Source of the DNA: Octopus bimaculoides
Lineage: Eukaryota
Reading direction: 5' to 3'
Assembly: GCF_001194135.2 (NCBI RefSeq)
Contig: NC_068992.1
Span: 7,359,479-7,423,478 of the forward strand
DNA length: 64,000 nt
Part shown: in pieces, positions 13,716 through 26,755 of the stretch
Layout: the number at the start of each line of letters is the position of its first letter
Position numbering within the stretch: the first letter of the stretch is position 1
Position numbers and translations under genes: made by a program
Notes under the pieces: model-generated
Told to the model about the DNA's origin: nothing
The model's database searches: none
What the model saw: only the letters and a program-made list of their open reading frames with translations

Positions 13716-14969
13716 TATCAGAGATACCCGGCCTTGCTCAGGATTAAAACGGCATAGATTTTTATTGTTTTACTTGTTTCAGTCATGTGACTGTAGTCGT
13801 GCTGGAGCACTGCCATAGGCTGAAGAAATCAACCACAGGATTTATTCTTTGTAAGCCTAGTACTCATTCTGTCAGTGTCTTTTACCAAACCGCTAAGTTA
13901 CCGGAATGTAAACACAGCAACATCATTAATTAATTTCAGTTTAAACAGTTTTTTGGAAGTGGTATTTGATTAAACATAAATTGTGTGCTCCTCCCATCAT
14001 ACATTAACTTCACAACACTTCACTTACAGTAACCATCCTCTATCATATCCTCCCTCTCAGTTGAGAAAGCTCTTTAGTCCTGCAAGATACAGGGTAACCT
14101 CACTAACGCTGGTGCCACAAAAACAAAAAAAGCACACACTATACTCTGTAAAGCAGTAGGAATTAAGAAATGTATCCAGCCATAGAAACCATGCCTGATT
14201 CACTAGAGCAAGACGTGGTTCTCTGTACTGTTGGATCCTGTCAAAATGTCCAACCCATGCCAAGATGGGAAGAAGTCATAAAAATGATGCTGATGATGAT
14301 GCGTGCATACATATGAGTATTTCACTGATGTTTTCCAGTTCAAGATTTGAACATTAATAAGAAAATCAAAAAATCAGTACTTTTTGAACAATGTTCCTTG
14401 TGATATATGTTCAGCACTGAGTCACACAGACACTCCATTGTCTATCTTGCTGTGAAAAATAGTGAACCAATGATCTACTATTGGAAACTTGTTGCCAACA
14501 ACACTATTGTTCACCAAATGTGATACAGTAATATAAAAAATTAAAAAATAGACAACTAAGCTGATATGAACATATAATGGCAATGAAATATCAAAAGTGC
14601 AATAAGTTGATAATGGAAAATATTCGTTATATACATAAAATAAGAGAAAATAGATTTTAAGAATTGTCTAGAGAAAGAGAAATTGAAATAACATTAGTCA
14701 TTGATTAATGTTGTTGCTTTTTTTCCCCTCGCTATATAATTATTTCTTGTCGGGCTTTCTTTTTTTATAAATTGCTCCCAAGATTAAATATGATAACATT
14801 AACTTAGCTATTGTTTTTCCTGAATAGGGTGTTATTTGTTCTCTAAACCATTCTATATTTCTGTACTAATTAGTGTACAATATGAATATTTTTCCATTAT
14901 TATTTTGGAAAGTACAGTGGTGTCCATACTTAGCTGATGATGTCAATAACACCGAAACATGTACGAGAT

Positions 14970-15022
14970 GAAATAATTAAAATAATTAAAATAATTAAAA
15001 TAATTAAAATAATTAAAATAAT
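14970..15022. repeat. (AAATAATTA)n tandem repeat, about 5 copies
   Basis: Read directly from the sequence. Confidence 0.9.
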
Positions 15023-15612
15023 ATTAGCCACTGGCAAATGTTTTTTCTCCCTTCACCACATGATTATTTTTAGACAACTGTTTAATATTCTACTCATTGA
15101 ATATATTAATATTAATTTGTTAACTTAGCTATAAGAACTTTGAGATTGACAGATGAAATTACATAGGTTTATTACATGTGGAGAAATGGTGCACTATAGA
15201 TTTTTTAAACACATACAGACATATAGAAAACAAGCACTAAATTTATGAAAGTGGTGATGTCGATGATGATGATGATGACAGTGATGATGGTGATGACAAC
15301 AACAATGATAATTGTCTTTCCAAGTGCATGATATTAATTTGAAAATGAGATTAGAAAATTTGGTTTGTTCCATTGAAGTATTTATTATCTGCCCTTAAAG
15401 GAAACAACATAGTAACAATACTTCCTCCTGGGTCTGAGTTCTTTTATCACAGTTATATTTGCAATAATCTATAGACTATTTATTATATTCTTACATTTTT
15501 CTATCTTCTTTCTCATTTTTTTTTTCATTTTCTTAATTTTATTTCTCTTTTAACTAATTATATTTAATTTTTTTCATTCTTTTCTTTATTAATTTTTACT
15601 AACAGTTTTCTT

Positions 15613-15687
<75 letters not shown>

Positions 15688-16072
15688 TATATATATGTGT
15701 GTGTGTATTCATCATTTTTGTTGTAGTCCAAGACTTGCCAAACTATGGAATTATTTAAGTAATTTACAGAAAATAATGAGATCATGCAAAAGCTGACCTA
15801 CAGCAGTCAATCTTTTACCATATATATTCATAGTTGTTGAATATATTCTATTATCATCATATTTCTTTATTTCTTTTTTCTTTTTTCTTTTTTTCTTTTT
15901 TGATTTTTGTTGTTGTTTTTTTATTATCATACTGGTACAATTGCCTGAGAATAATTTGAGTTTCAAAGAAATACGTTCTTGAAATTATATTATGATTTTG
16001 TTACTTGATTTCAAAATGCCAGTTTAATTTTGAAGATTTCTTTTTTAAAACTGAAATAATATTAAAATTATT

Positions 16073-16119
<47 letters not shown>

Positions 16120-16522
16120 AATAAAATTATTCATATGGAAATTATTATAGGAAGATAATTGAATACTATAAAAATATAGCAAGTGTATATTGAAAAGATA
16201 TTGGAACCAATATAAAATATATACAAGTTATTTCAGTTTAATTTATAGTATTATTAATATTTTAACCCTAATAAATGAAGCCCATGGTTTTAATAAATAC
16301 TTAATTTTGCACTTTGAGTGGTTTCACTATTTCAGAAAATCAAATACTAGATCTCACCTAATCCTCAACCAGACCGAGACTAAAAATTGAGAGTTAAGCA
16401 ATCATGTCCTATCTTATGACCAGTGAGTTGAGAAGGGAGCCTCTATGTGGATACTTGGCCTCTTAGAAATAGCAGGCAAATTAACTTTTAAAAAACAACT
16501 TTCATCCTTTTGTTGGGATCTT

Positions 16523-16524
<2 letters not shown>

Positions 16525-16599
<75 letters not shown>

Positions 16600-16628
16600 T
16601 GTCTATCTATCTATCTATCTATCTATCT
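16525..16628. repeat. (TC)n plus (TCTA)n compound microsatellite
   Basis: Read directly. Many other (TA)n, (TG)n, (CA)n, (GA)n, (TTA)n and (GATA)n tracts occur throughout, and most long N gaps are flanked by (TA)n or (CA)n. Confidence 0.95.
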
Positions 16629-17711
16629 CTCCCTCTCCCATTCTGAAGCAGAGGGGTGGGGCGGAAAACAAACATCTAATCTAAACCATTGGACTTTTCT
16701 TCCTCACAACACAACTTTCCATCATTTGAATTATTTGAAAGACATAACTTTCCCCTGTTTGAACTATCTGCAAATACATCAATAGTTCCCCCAGATTCTT
16801 CTGTTTTGCTATAATCAAAAGTGTTCCTAGATTTCTTCCTCTTAGATTTATCTCTCACAATCAAAAAGCTAAAGGCTGCTCCCATCAAAACATCATCATT
16901 TTAATGTCCACTTTCTATTTTTGGCATGGGTTCAATAGTTTGACAGGAGCTGGCAAGTCAGAAGATTGTGCTAAGCTCCACAGCCTGCTTGATGCCCCTG
17001 CTCGTGCCAATAACTTTACAGAGTGGACTACGTGCTTTTTTATATGACACCAGTACCAAGACACTCAAAATAAATGTTTTAATATTTGAGATGAGTTGCT
17101 ATTAATACAACGAAATATATTTTCTAATGATTAACCTTGACTTTAAAGATAACAGAAGCAGTTAATAGTCGGAAAAAAAAAATCATAATTATATAAACTC
17201 ATGGTAATAAGTTAGATTGAATTTTTAAAACTTAAATTTACTATCTACTCGTTACTGTTATTAGGTCCTGCATCAAACCTGATTGAGTGGACTTATCATC
17301 AGAGACATGTTTGTGTGTGTGTGTAACTCTACACTTGTAAAAATCAGTGGATGAATAAAAGAGTTCCTTACTTAAAGAATAAGGTTGGCAACAGGGAGTG
17401 CATTGGACCATAAAATATTGCCTCAATAAGTCTTCATCCAGCATGGAAAAACAGACAAGAAATAAATGATATCTTTAACTCGTTTCAGTTAATGGATGGC
17501 AGCTATGCTGGGGCTTTGCTTTGAAGGGACCAGCTGAATAAATCAACCCCAGTATTTATTTTAACAGTCTCTTTTGCCAAACCCCTAAGTTATGGGGAAG
17601 TGAACAAACTAACACCAGTTGTCAAGTGATGGTGGAAGCAAAAACAAAGATACACACTCATAAACATGTGTACATGTATATACATAGATATACATAGATA
17701 TCTACACACAC

Positions 17712-17940
17712 CGGCGAGCTGGCAGAGTGGTTAGCACGCTGGGCGAAATGCTTATCGGTATTTTGTCTGCCGTTATGTTCTGAGTTCAAATACCGCTGAG
17801 GTCGAATTTGCCTTTCATCCTTTTGGGGTCGATAAATTAAGTATCAGTTATGCACTGGGGTCGATGTAATCGACTTAATCCCTTTGTCTGTCCTTGTTTG
17901 TCCCCTCTATGTTTAGCCCCTTGTGGGCAATAAAGAAATA
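17712..17940 (+). mobile_element. Full-length SINE (family A) with 16-bp target-site duplication
   Basis: ggcgagctggcagagtggttagc...ctgagttcaaat...ctttcatccttttggggtcgataaattaagta..., flanked by agatatctacacacac at 17696-17711 and 17941-17956. More diverged copies lie near 1-125(+), 2300-2450(-), 37100-37300(+), 40475-40660(+), 44200-44390(-) and 55583-55805(+). Confidence 0.9.
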
Positions 17941-18756
17941 AGATATCTACACACACTCACATACACACATATATATATGCATATATCTATAATATATATA
18001 TGGATATATGTGTGTGTGAGTGTGCATATATATATATATATATACAAACACATACACACACAATTGGCTTCCACACAGTTCCCATCTACTAGATTCACTC
18101 ACAAGGCATTGGTCAGCCCATGGCCATAGTAGAAGATACTTGCCCAAGATGCTGAGCAGTGGTACTGGACCTAAAACCACATGGTTGCCAAACAAACTTC
18201 TTAACGACATGGCTATAGCTGTGACTGAATGAATTGTTGTTACTGTCGTTTTTCTTCCTATTTTATTGTACTCAACTACTGTCTAAAAACGTGGGAGGTT
18301 TAACAGTATTCCACTTGTGTAGTGTTTAGAAAATAATATGCCTATAAAAAGAAATACTTTTTAGCTTCTTTCTGAAGATAATGGTTATTTCACTCTGCAT
18401 TCCATATTTGGATATCATAATGTCCCAGGCAAGTCTTTTAAATGACCATCGCTCACTAACACTAAGGAAAGATGGAATCGATTTTTAAAAGTCAGGTATT
18501 GCTTTTTGAAATCCTAGACAGGTGAAAGGTAAGGCCCATACTAATGAGATTTTAAGGTCATAAAGCAGAAAGATGAAACTTAATGCTCAATGTAAGGCAT
18601 TTAGATTGGTGCTTTATTGGATCTGAAAATGTTTCTTCTCTTTCTCTCTCCCTCTCACTCTCTCCATCTATCTGGTATTCCCACTGACAAGGTATTAGCA
18701 TATAAGCATATATATATAAATTAATAAATATACATACATACATTTATGTATATGTA

Positions 18757-18823
<67 letters not shown>

Positions 18824-19676
18824 NNNNNNNNNNNNNNNNNNNNNNNNNNNNNNNNNNNNNNNNNNNNNNNNNNNNNNNNNNNNNNNNNNNNNNNNNNNNN
18901 NNNNNNNNNNNNNNNNNNNNNNNNNNNNNNNNNNNNNNNNNNNNNNNNNNNNNNNNNNNNNNNNNNNNNNNNNNNNNNNNNNNNNNNNNNNNNNNNNNNN
19001 NNNNNNNNNNNNNNNNNNNNNNNNNNNNNNNNNNNNNNNNNNNNNNNNNNNNNNNNNNNNNNNNNNNNNNNNNNNNNNNNNNNNNNNNNNNNNNNNNNNN
19101 NNNNNNNNNNNNNNNNNNNNNNNNNNNNNNNNNNNNNNNNNNNNNNNNNNNNNNNNNNNNNNNNNNNNNNNNNNNNNNNNNNNNNNNNNNNNNNNNNNNN
19201 NNNNNNNNNNNNNNNNNNNNNNNNNNNNNNNNNNNNNNNNNNNNNNNNNNNNNNNNNNNNNNNNNNNNNNNNNNNNNNNNNNNNNNNNNNNNNNNNNNNN
19301 NNNNNNNNNNNNNNNNNNNNNNNNNNNNNNNNNNNNNNNNNNNNNNNNNNNNNNNNNNNNNNNNNNNNNNNNNNNNNNNNNNNNNNNNNNNNNNNNNNNN
19401 NNNNNNNNNNNNNNNNNNNNNNNNNNNNNNNNNNNNNNNNNNNNNNNNNNNNNNNNNNNNNNNNNNNNNNNNNNNNNNNNNNNNNNNNNNNNNNNNNNNN
19501 NNNNNNNNNNNNNNNNNNNNNNNNNNNNNNNNNNNNNNNNNNNNNNNNNNNNNNNNNNNNNNNNNNNNNNNNNNNNNNNNNNNNNNNNNNNNNNNNNNNN
19601 NNNNNNNNNNNNNNNNNNNNNNNNNNNNNNNNNNNNNNNNNNNNNNNNNNNNNNNNNNNNNNNNNNNNNNNNNNNN

Positions 19677-19717
<41 letters not shown>

Positions 19718-19961
19718 ACATGTGTGTGTGGATATTTGTGTATGTATGAGTATGTACATGCATATATATGTTTGTGTGTGTATGTGCATGTACATATACG
19801 TTTGTGTGAGCGTGTGTAGACGTTATGAACGCACAAGGTTTTATGTCTATGTATTGTGACAATATGGTTGCGTGTGTTTTTATCTTTTTTCTTTTTTTTT
19901 CTACTTATTAGAGTAACTTCCCTTTTATTCAACGGTTTTTCCATACTGTCTCTTGCCATTA

Positions 19962-20021
19962 ATAGCTGACGAGAATGCATCGTAACTCTTCGCTCCAACA
20001 TTTGAAACTCCGAGTACTATA
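19962..20021 (+). ncRNA. Minimal type-I hammerhead ribozyme motif (Penelope-like)
   Basis: ATAG-CTGACGA-GAATG-(22 nt)-CATTT-GAAAC-TCCGA-GTA-CTAT. Stem I is ATAG/CTAT, the core is complete, stem II has 5 bp with one G.U, the helix III region ACTCCGAGT is near-palindromic, and the cleavage triplet is GUA. Confidence 0.75.
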
Positions 20022-22021
20022 ATGTCAATTTACTGTTTGTCCTAAATTATACATATATATATTTTCATACATGCATATATATGCATACATACATATATAT
20101 TTATATAGTCACATACACACACAAAAATACATACATAAACACACTTCTTGACATTTTAAATGCAAAAATATTCACATGGATATAAAATTTAATGTTATTT
20201 TCTTTTTTTTTTTTTTTTTGAAATATTTTAATAAGACTGTATCTTAATTTATTGACATTTCAATATAAAATATACTGAAAATAAAAGTAAACAATTTTAT
20301 TACCTCCCTTCTTACCTCTCCTCTAACAACGACTCCTCCTACCCCTCCCACTGCCAGATATTCATGAGAAAATATTCGAACTTATGAATATTTGCTCTCT
20401 GAAATACGAAGGAGATTTATTTACATTAATTCCTCCTTCTTTATCGTCTTTTTCTTCTTGTAAATTCCTTTACTGCAGTTAGTCCAGTAAATTGATTTGG
20501 TGAGTAACAAAAACAAACTCATAAACAAACAAAAGCAGCAACTAANNNNNNNNNNNNNNNNNNNNNNNNNNNNNNNNNNNNNNNNNNNNNNNNNNNNNNN
20601 NNNNNNNNNNNNNNNNNNNNNNNNNNNNNNNNNNNNNNNNNNNNNNNNNNNNNNNNNNNNNNNNNNNNNNNNNNNNNNNNNNNNNNNNNNNNNNNNNNNN
20701 NNNNNNNNNNNNNNNNNNNNNNNNNNNNNNNNNNNNNNNNNNNNNNNNNNNNNNNNNNNNNNNNNNNNNNNNNNNNNNNNNNNNNNNNNNNNNNNNNNNN
20801 NNNNNNNNNNNNNNNNNNNNNNNNNNNNNNNNNNNNNNNNNNNNNNNNNNNNNNNNNNNNNNNNNNNNNNNNNNNNNNNNNNNNNNNNNNNNNNNNNNNN
20901 NNNNNNNNNNNNNNNNNNNNNNNNNNNNNNNNNNNNNNNNNNNNNNGTATATGCGCATATACATATATATAGGCACAGGAGTGACTATTTGGAGAAAAGC
21001 TTGCTGCCCAACTACATGCTTCCAGGTTCAGTCCCACTGCATGGCACCTTGGGCAAGTGTCTTCTACTATAGCCTCAGGATAACCAAAGCCTTGTGAGTG
21101 AATTTGGTAGACAGAAACTGAAAGAAGCCCAGTGTGTATATATCATCATCATCATCATCATTTAATGTCCGCTTTCCATGCTAGCATGGGTTGGATGATT
21201 TGACTGAGGACTGCTTCGTTACTGATGAAGATATATCTTGGAATGCATTTTCTGATAATAATCATACAGCTTCCAAATTACAGAGACTTCTGGGACACAA
21301 ATTCATCTGTCTGAGGCAGGAAATTGATAGCAGAAATTAAATCAATTTACCAGTATTCAACCTACCTGAGCAGGTGACAGTGATATGACAACAGGTAAAC
21401 ATAAACAGCAAGAAGTAAAAACCCTTACATTCACAATGTACACTAACAACCATTACAACCTATCACCAAGTTTCATCCAAATTCATGCAACAGTTATATC
21501 ATGATTTTTATATTAGAATAGTTGCATTTCATTAAAAGCTCTAGTTTCGAACAGAATCGGGAGATTTATAGAGAGAAAGCCCTTCAGGAATTTAATGGTT
21601 TAATTCCACAGACCAAACTTTGCCCTGACATTACCAATTTATTTTCATTTTAACACTCTCAAGTAGATGGCATTAGGAAGGGCATCCAACTGTAGAAACC
21701 ATGCTAGTGCAGTCCTCTGGATCATCAGTTCATGTAGAACCATGCCAACATGATAAAGAGATGTTAAATGATGTTTCTGTTGTACCTGTATTCCAAAGGG
21801 CCAGCCTTGTCACACTGTGTCATGCTGAATCTCCCCAAGAATTNNNNNNNNNNCAGCCTTGTCACACTGTGTCATGCTGAATCTCCCCAAGAATTATGTT
21901 AAGGGTACACATGTCTGTGGAGTGCTCAGCCACTTGCACGTTAATTTCACGAGCAGGCTCTTCCATTGATTGGATCAACTGGGATCCTTGTCATCACAAC
22001 TGACAGAGTGCCACATCATAA

Positions 22022-22088
<67 letters not shown>

Positions 22089-23484
22089 CATACATACTTT
22101 AATTATCACAGTACAGCCATTTTAACCAAAGGACTTGTTAAGTGGGACATCTCTATTTTCTTAGTGTTATTTACAGATCAGGAGTGCATGTCTCAATAAA
22201 GTCAAACCAGCATGCAGTAATGAAAGCCACCAAAAACAGAGAAATTGCACAGAATTTTGGGATACATTAATACTAATATATATATTATGAAAATCAAAAC
22301 AAATGAGAAATTATATTCCAATTGCTTAACAGTGAATAACTGATACAGGGAAAGTAACTTCTCTCTCGTATTGTCAGAATGTTGTATAGCAACCAAGATG
22401 GTCCAGAAAGATTGATCCAAATTAAATATGAAAATAATGACTATTATATTATTGGAGTTACCAAAAAATGATGATATATTGCAACAATAAGGCTGGTGAA
22501 TAGTGATACTTAGATGGTAAAATGCATTCCAATCTCACAATATTCCAATATTGGATAGAAATAATTTAACCTGATTATCTACATTAAAATATGGGAATAA
22601 GAATTAATATCTGATTCAATGCTAATATATTATATTTGATACCATATATTATATGTAATTCAAAATCATTTATGATTGAGAGGTAGTCAGTACAATGTTG
22701 ACTGTTAAAATAAATTAGATCCAAGAGAAAACTATGGTGTCGTCCATAATATGGTTGTCCATAATATGCTGTCCATAATATGGTATTGTTAATAATATAT
22801 TTCTTATCAATATTTGGCAGGAGTAACAGTGTGACTCATGGACCAAGAGTTTCATTCATTATCACATATCACACTTTGATAATTGCTAACACACAAAACT
22901 CTTGTCCCTTAAGTCACTCTACTACTTCTGCCCCAAAATTAATAAAATATATATGTATATTCATGTTTTGAGTCATATTTTTCCAGTTTGCCTCTCCAAA
23001 CCATTGGATGACTGAAACAAAACAAAAAAAGAATAAAAGAATAGAAATTATGCAACACAGCAGTGAAAAATGAGAAATCCACAAAATAACATAAAATTAT
23101 AATAATTCAACAGAAGTTTGAAATGGGGTTACAATGTAAATAATATAAAAATATGAGGTAATGATAACTCTCTAAACAAGATGATAATATAAGTTTGAAA
23201 TGAGATTATATTGCGAATGAGAGATTGAAATATTAATATAGTGTTAACTGGTAAGACAGTGTGAAATGATAAGAGAGTGTGAAATAGTAAGATAGTGTGA
23301 AATGATACTGTTAATAGTAGTGTTAAATGCTAAAATAAAAGAGCATGATAATATGGTGATATACAATGTAAAAGATACATAGATTAAGGGATAGGCGGCA
23401 AGAACTATAAAAGTTAAGAAAATTCACGATGGAATTGTGTCCAATTGAAAGTCAGAAACTAGTATATATTGGTTCTGTCATTTC

Positions 23485-23493
23485 TTGAGTTGT

Positions 23494-23524
<31 letters not shown>

Positions 23525-23650
23525 AGTGAGTGAATGAGTGTGTGAGTGTGTGTGTGAGTGAGTGAATGAGTGTGTGTGTGTGTGAGTGAGTGAGTGAGTG
23601 TGAGTGAGTGGGGGGGTAAGTGAGTGAGTGTGTGTGTGTGGTGTGTGTGT
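23485..23650. repeat. (TG)/(TGAG) compound microsatellite
   Basis: Read directly from the sequence. Confidence 0.9.
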
Positions 23651-23773
23651 AAATGAATCGGACACTTGAGCAAGATGCAGTCCTTGAACCTGTCAAATCA
23701 TTCAAGCCATGCCAGCTTGGAAAATGAACACTAAAAAGACAATGATATCAATACACATATATACATATACAGT

Positions 23774-24065
23774 GAAGGCGTGTGGTTTAATGGTCAGCTC
23801 ACGATTGTAAGGTCATGAGTTCCATTCCCAGCAACGTGTTGTGTCCTTGAGCAAGACACTTTTGTTTCACGTTGCTCCAGTCCACTCAGCTGCCAAAAAT
23901 GAGTAGTACCTGTGTCATNNNNNNNNNNCTGAATCTCCCCAAGAACTACATTAAGGATACACATATCTGTGGAGTGCTCAGCCACTTGCACGTTAATTTC
24001 ACAAGCAGGCTCTTCCATTGACTGGATCAACTGGAACCCTTGTCGTTGGAACCGATGGAGTGCCA
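23774..24065 (+). mobile_element. SINE family C head and core with an alternative 3' body
   Basis: Same head and core as 4956. The 3' part matches 21854-22012 (ctgaatctccccaagaa...ggagtgcca). It contains a 10-N gap. Confidence 0.75.
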
Positions 24066-26327
24066 TACTATACATATACAAAGAGAGAGAGAGAAAGAGA
24101 CATACATATTGCTCTGTGGTGAAGAAGTTCACTTCCCAACAGCATGATTCAAGGTTCAGTCCCACTGTCTGACACCTTGATCAAGTGCCTCCTACTATAG
24201 AACTGATTTGACCAAAACCTTGTAAGTGAATCTGATCGAGAGAAACTGAAAAAAGCTGATTGTATATTAATGCATGTGGGGGGGGGGCTTCTTGTCTTGA
24301 CAGTATATGGTAGTTGTAAAAGAGAATGACTGTCATACAAGCGGTGTCTTTTATTTCCAATTTTTCATGGAAACATGTTCAGCCATAGGGAAAGTAACAC
24401 CTTTTTTGGAAAAAGGTGAACGTTGGTGACAAGAAGGACATCCAGCTGTAAAAAATCCACACCAACAAATTCCATCTAACCTATGCAAGCATGGAAAAGT
24501 GGTCATTAAAGCAATGCTGGTAAAGTACATAAATATATTGATATATATATTAGTGTTGTCTTTTTTGTGTGGTGGAGGAGAAACAACAAATATCATTTGC
24601 TTGTTACTCTATCTACTACCACCATCACCCAAATACATCCAACACCTGTTAACTCCTACATCATTATAATTTCAAATAAAATCACCAATATTACTAAATG
24701 ATTAGTGAAGTGGAAATTGACAAGCTAGACTATAAAGCTAAGTAGTAAATTCATGTGTGTGTGTGCATGGGTATATACATTTATAAATATGTATACATGT
24801 ATGTGTGTGTATATATATATATATATACACACATACAAACGTGCACATTATACATATGTGTAAGTTTATATATATACATACACTCACATATGTGCATACA
24901 TGTATGTATGTGTGTGTGTGAGTATTTTCAGAAGATTTTGTGAAGATTCATCTCCATTATTATTTCTACTACTACTGCTACTTCTTTACTACTGTCTCCT
25001 CTTACTTCTTCCCCACCTCCTACTTCACATCTGCCTTCTTTATGAACATGTGTGTGTGTGAGAGAGAGACTATTGGTGAAATATTTTTAAAATTTCAAAA
25101 TTCTGTATATCTAAAAATCAATGAGATATAGGTAATTAAAAGCAACTGAATAGTAAATTTCGTAGAATTTATTTTCAAGAGATCAAGCTTCCAACAGATT
25201 CTCTCAAGCATCTTGCCCAAATGGCATTATTTCTTCATAAGTTCTCTGAAGTCTGAAAAACCATTAAAACTGCAAAGATGGAAAAGCTACAAAACTGAAT
25301 GATATACTAAGAAAAGCATTAAAAGCAGACTTTAATGTATCAATGAGGATTCATTACCACTATCTCTTTGAAAAGCTGTGACACAAGAAGACAACGAAAC
25401 AACAGAATAGAAATGAGGTTATCAGGTCAGGGTTTTTATGCAAAGAAATTTTTATAACTCTATAGACGACAAGAGAAACTACCCTGTTTTCAATGCCTAG
25501 AAAACTATCATTCTAAACATCGAAGATAAAACTGAACTGCACATAAGAGAGCCACAAGAAAGCTTTCTGCAAATCTGGTCATTTTAACATTTTGCATCAG
25601 AACAGAGAAATTTCTAGAATAAAACTTGCTCAACTATACCAACTTTATTGATTTAGAAAACGTTTTTCACTGTAAAGAAAGTAACATTGGATATCAGGTA
25701 TGTCTTCCTTATAACCAGTTCTTGGTTCAGGAAATATTTACTGAGTTGGCAAAACTTTCATTATAATTTGGCCTAAATCTCCATAACAGCTAAAAGAACC
25801 ATTACAAGCATTTCTAAAGGATCCAGCCATATTATATGATTTTCCAATTCATGAAGATTTCAAAACATTTAAGTAGTCTTTATTTGTACTTCTTTCTCAA
25901 TATGCTTATTTTTGTAGTTCTTGTGTTTTAGTCTTTTTGTTGTTGTATTTCTTTTTTTTTTTTTGCATAAAGATTAATCATATACATTCCTCAATCTGTC
26001 AGTCATTCTTTATCCATTTTACACAAATGTTTAAAACTGTTTAAATAAATTATCTTATTCTGTAAACTTTCCGAACATAAAATAGATATTCCATAAAGAA
26101 CTAAAAAAAAAGGTGGGGTGCAAATGCTGCACCTAACTGTTGCATGGATTGATCTTGTATTTCTTCTACTTTCAACCTTAAAGAAATAAAAATATCCTGT
26201 ATGTGTTACTGTTGATGAAGAAGTTGTTGCTGCTGTTGTTTTTGTTGTTGTATAGCCCTGAGGTGTCAGCTTTGACCAAGTANNNNNNNNNNNNNNNNNN
26301 NNNNNNNNNNNNNNNNNNNNNNNNNNN

Positions 26328-26554
26328 CTCTTTTACTCTTTTACTTGTTTCGGTCATTTGACTGTGGCCATGCTGGAGCACCACCTTTAATCGAGCAAAT
26401 CAACCCCGGGACTTATTCTTTATAAGCCTAGTACTTATTCTATCGGTCTCTTTTTGCCGAACCTCTAAGTGACGGGTGCATAAACACACCAGCATCGGTT
26501 GTCAAGCAATGCTAGGGGGACAAACACAGACACACAAACATACACACACACATC

Positions 26555-26591
<37 letters not shown>

Positions 26592-26755
26592 TATATACGA
26601 CGGACTTCTTTCAGTTTTCGTCTACCAAATCCACTCACAAGACTTTGGTCGGCTCGAGGCTATAAGAGAAGACACTTGCCCAAGGTGCCACGCAGTGGGA
26701 CTGAACCTGGAACCATGTGGTTGGTAAGCAAGCTACTTACCACACAGCCACTCCT
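26328..26755 (-). mobile_element. Near full-length SINE family B copy
   Basis: Reverse complement of the 36486 copy, including the (GAGTAAAA)n tail. Partial copies lie at about 13045-13205(-), 13765-13920(-), 18066-18222(-), 20975-21135(+), 24105-24260(+), 47450-47550(-) and 63833-63985(+). Confidence 0.88.

Noticed and set aside
21802-21895. Exact 42-bp direct repeat around a 10-N gap
   Set aside because: Identical sequence on both sides of a minimal gap is the typical signature of unmerged overlapping contig ends.
23255-23312. Three ~18-bp repeats (agtgtgaaat), and similar short arrays at 22735-22780 and 54790-54880
   Set aside because: They are simple tandem duplications without unique spacers, so not CRISPR-like; the context is eukaryotic.
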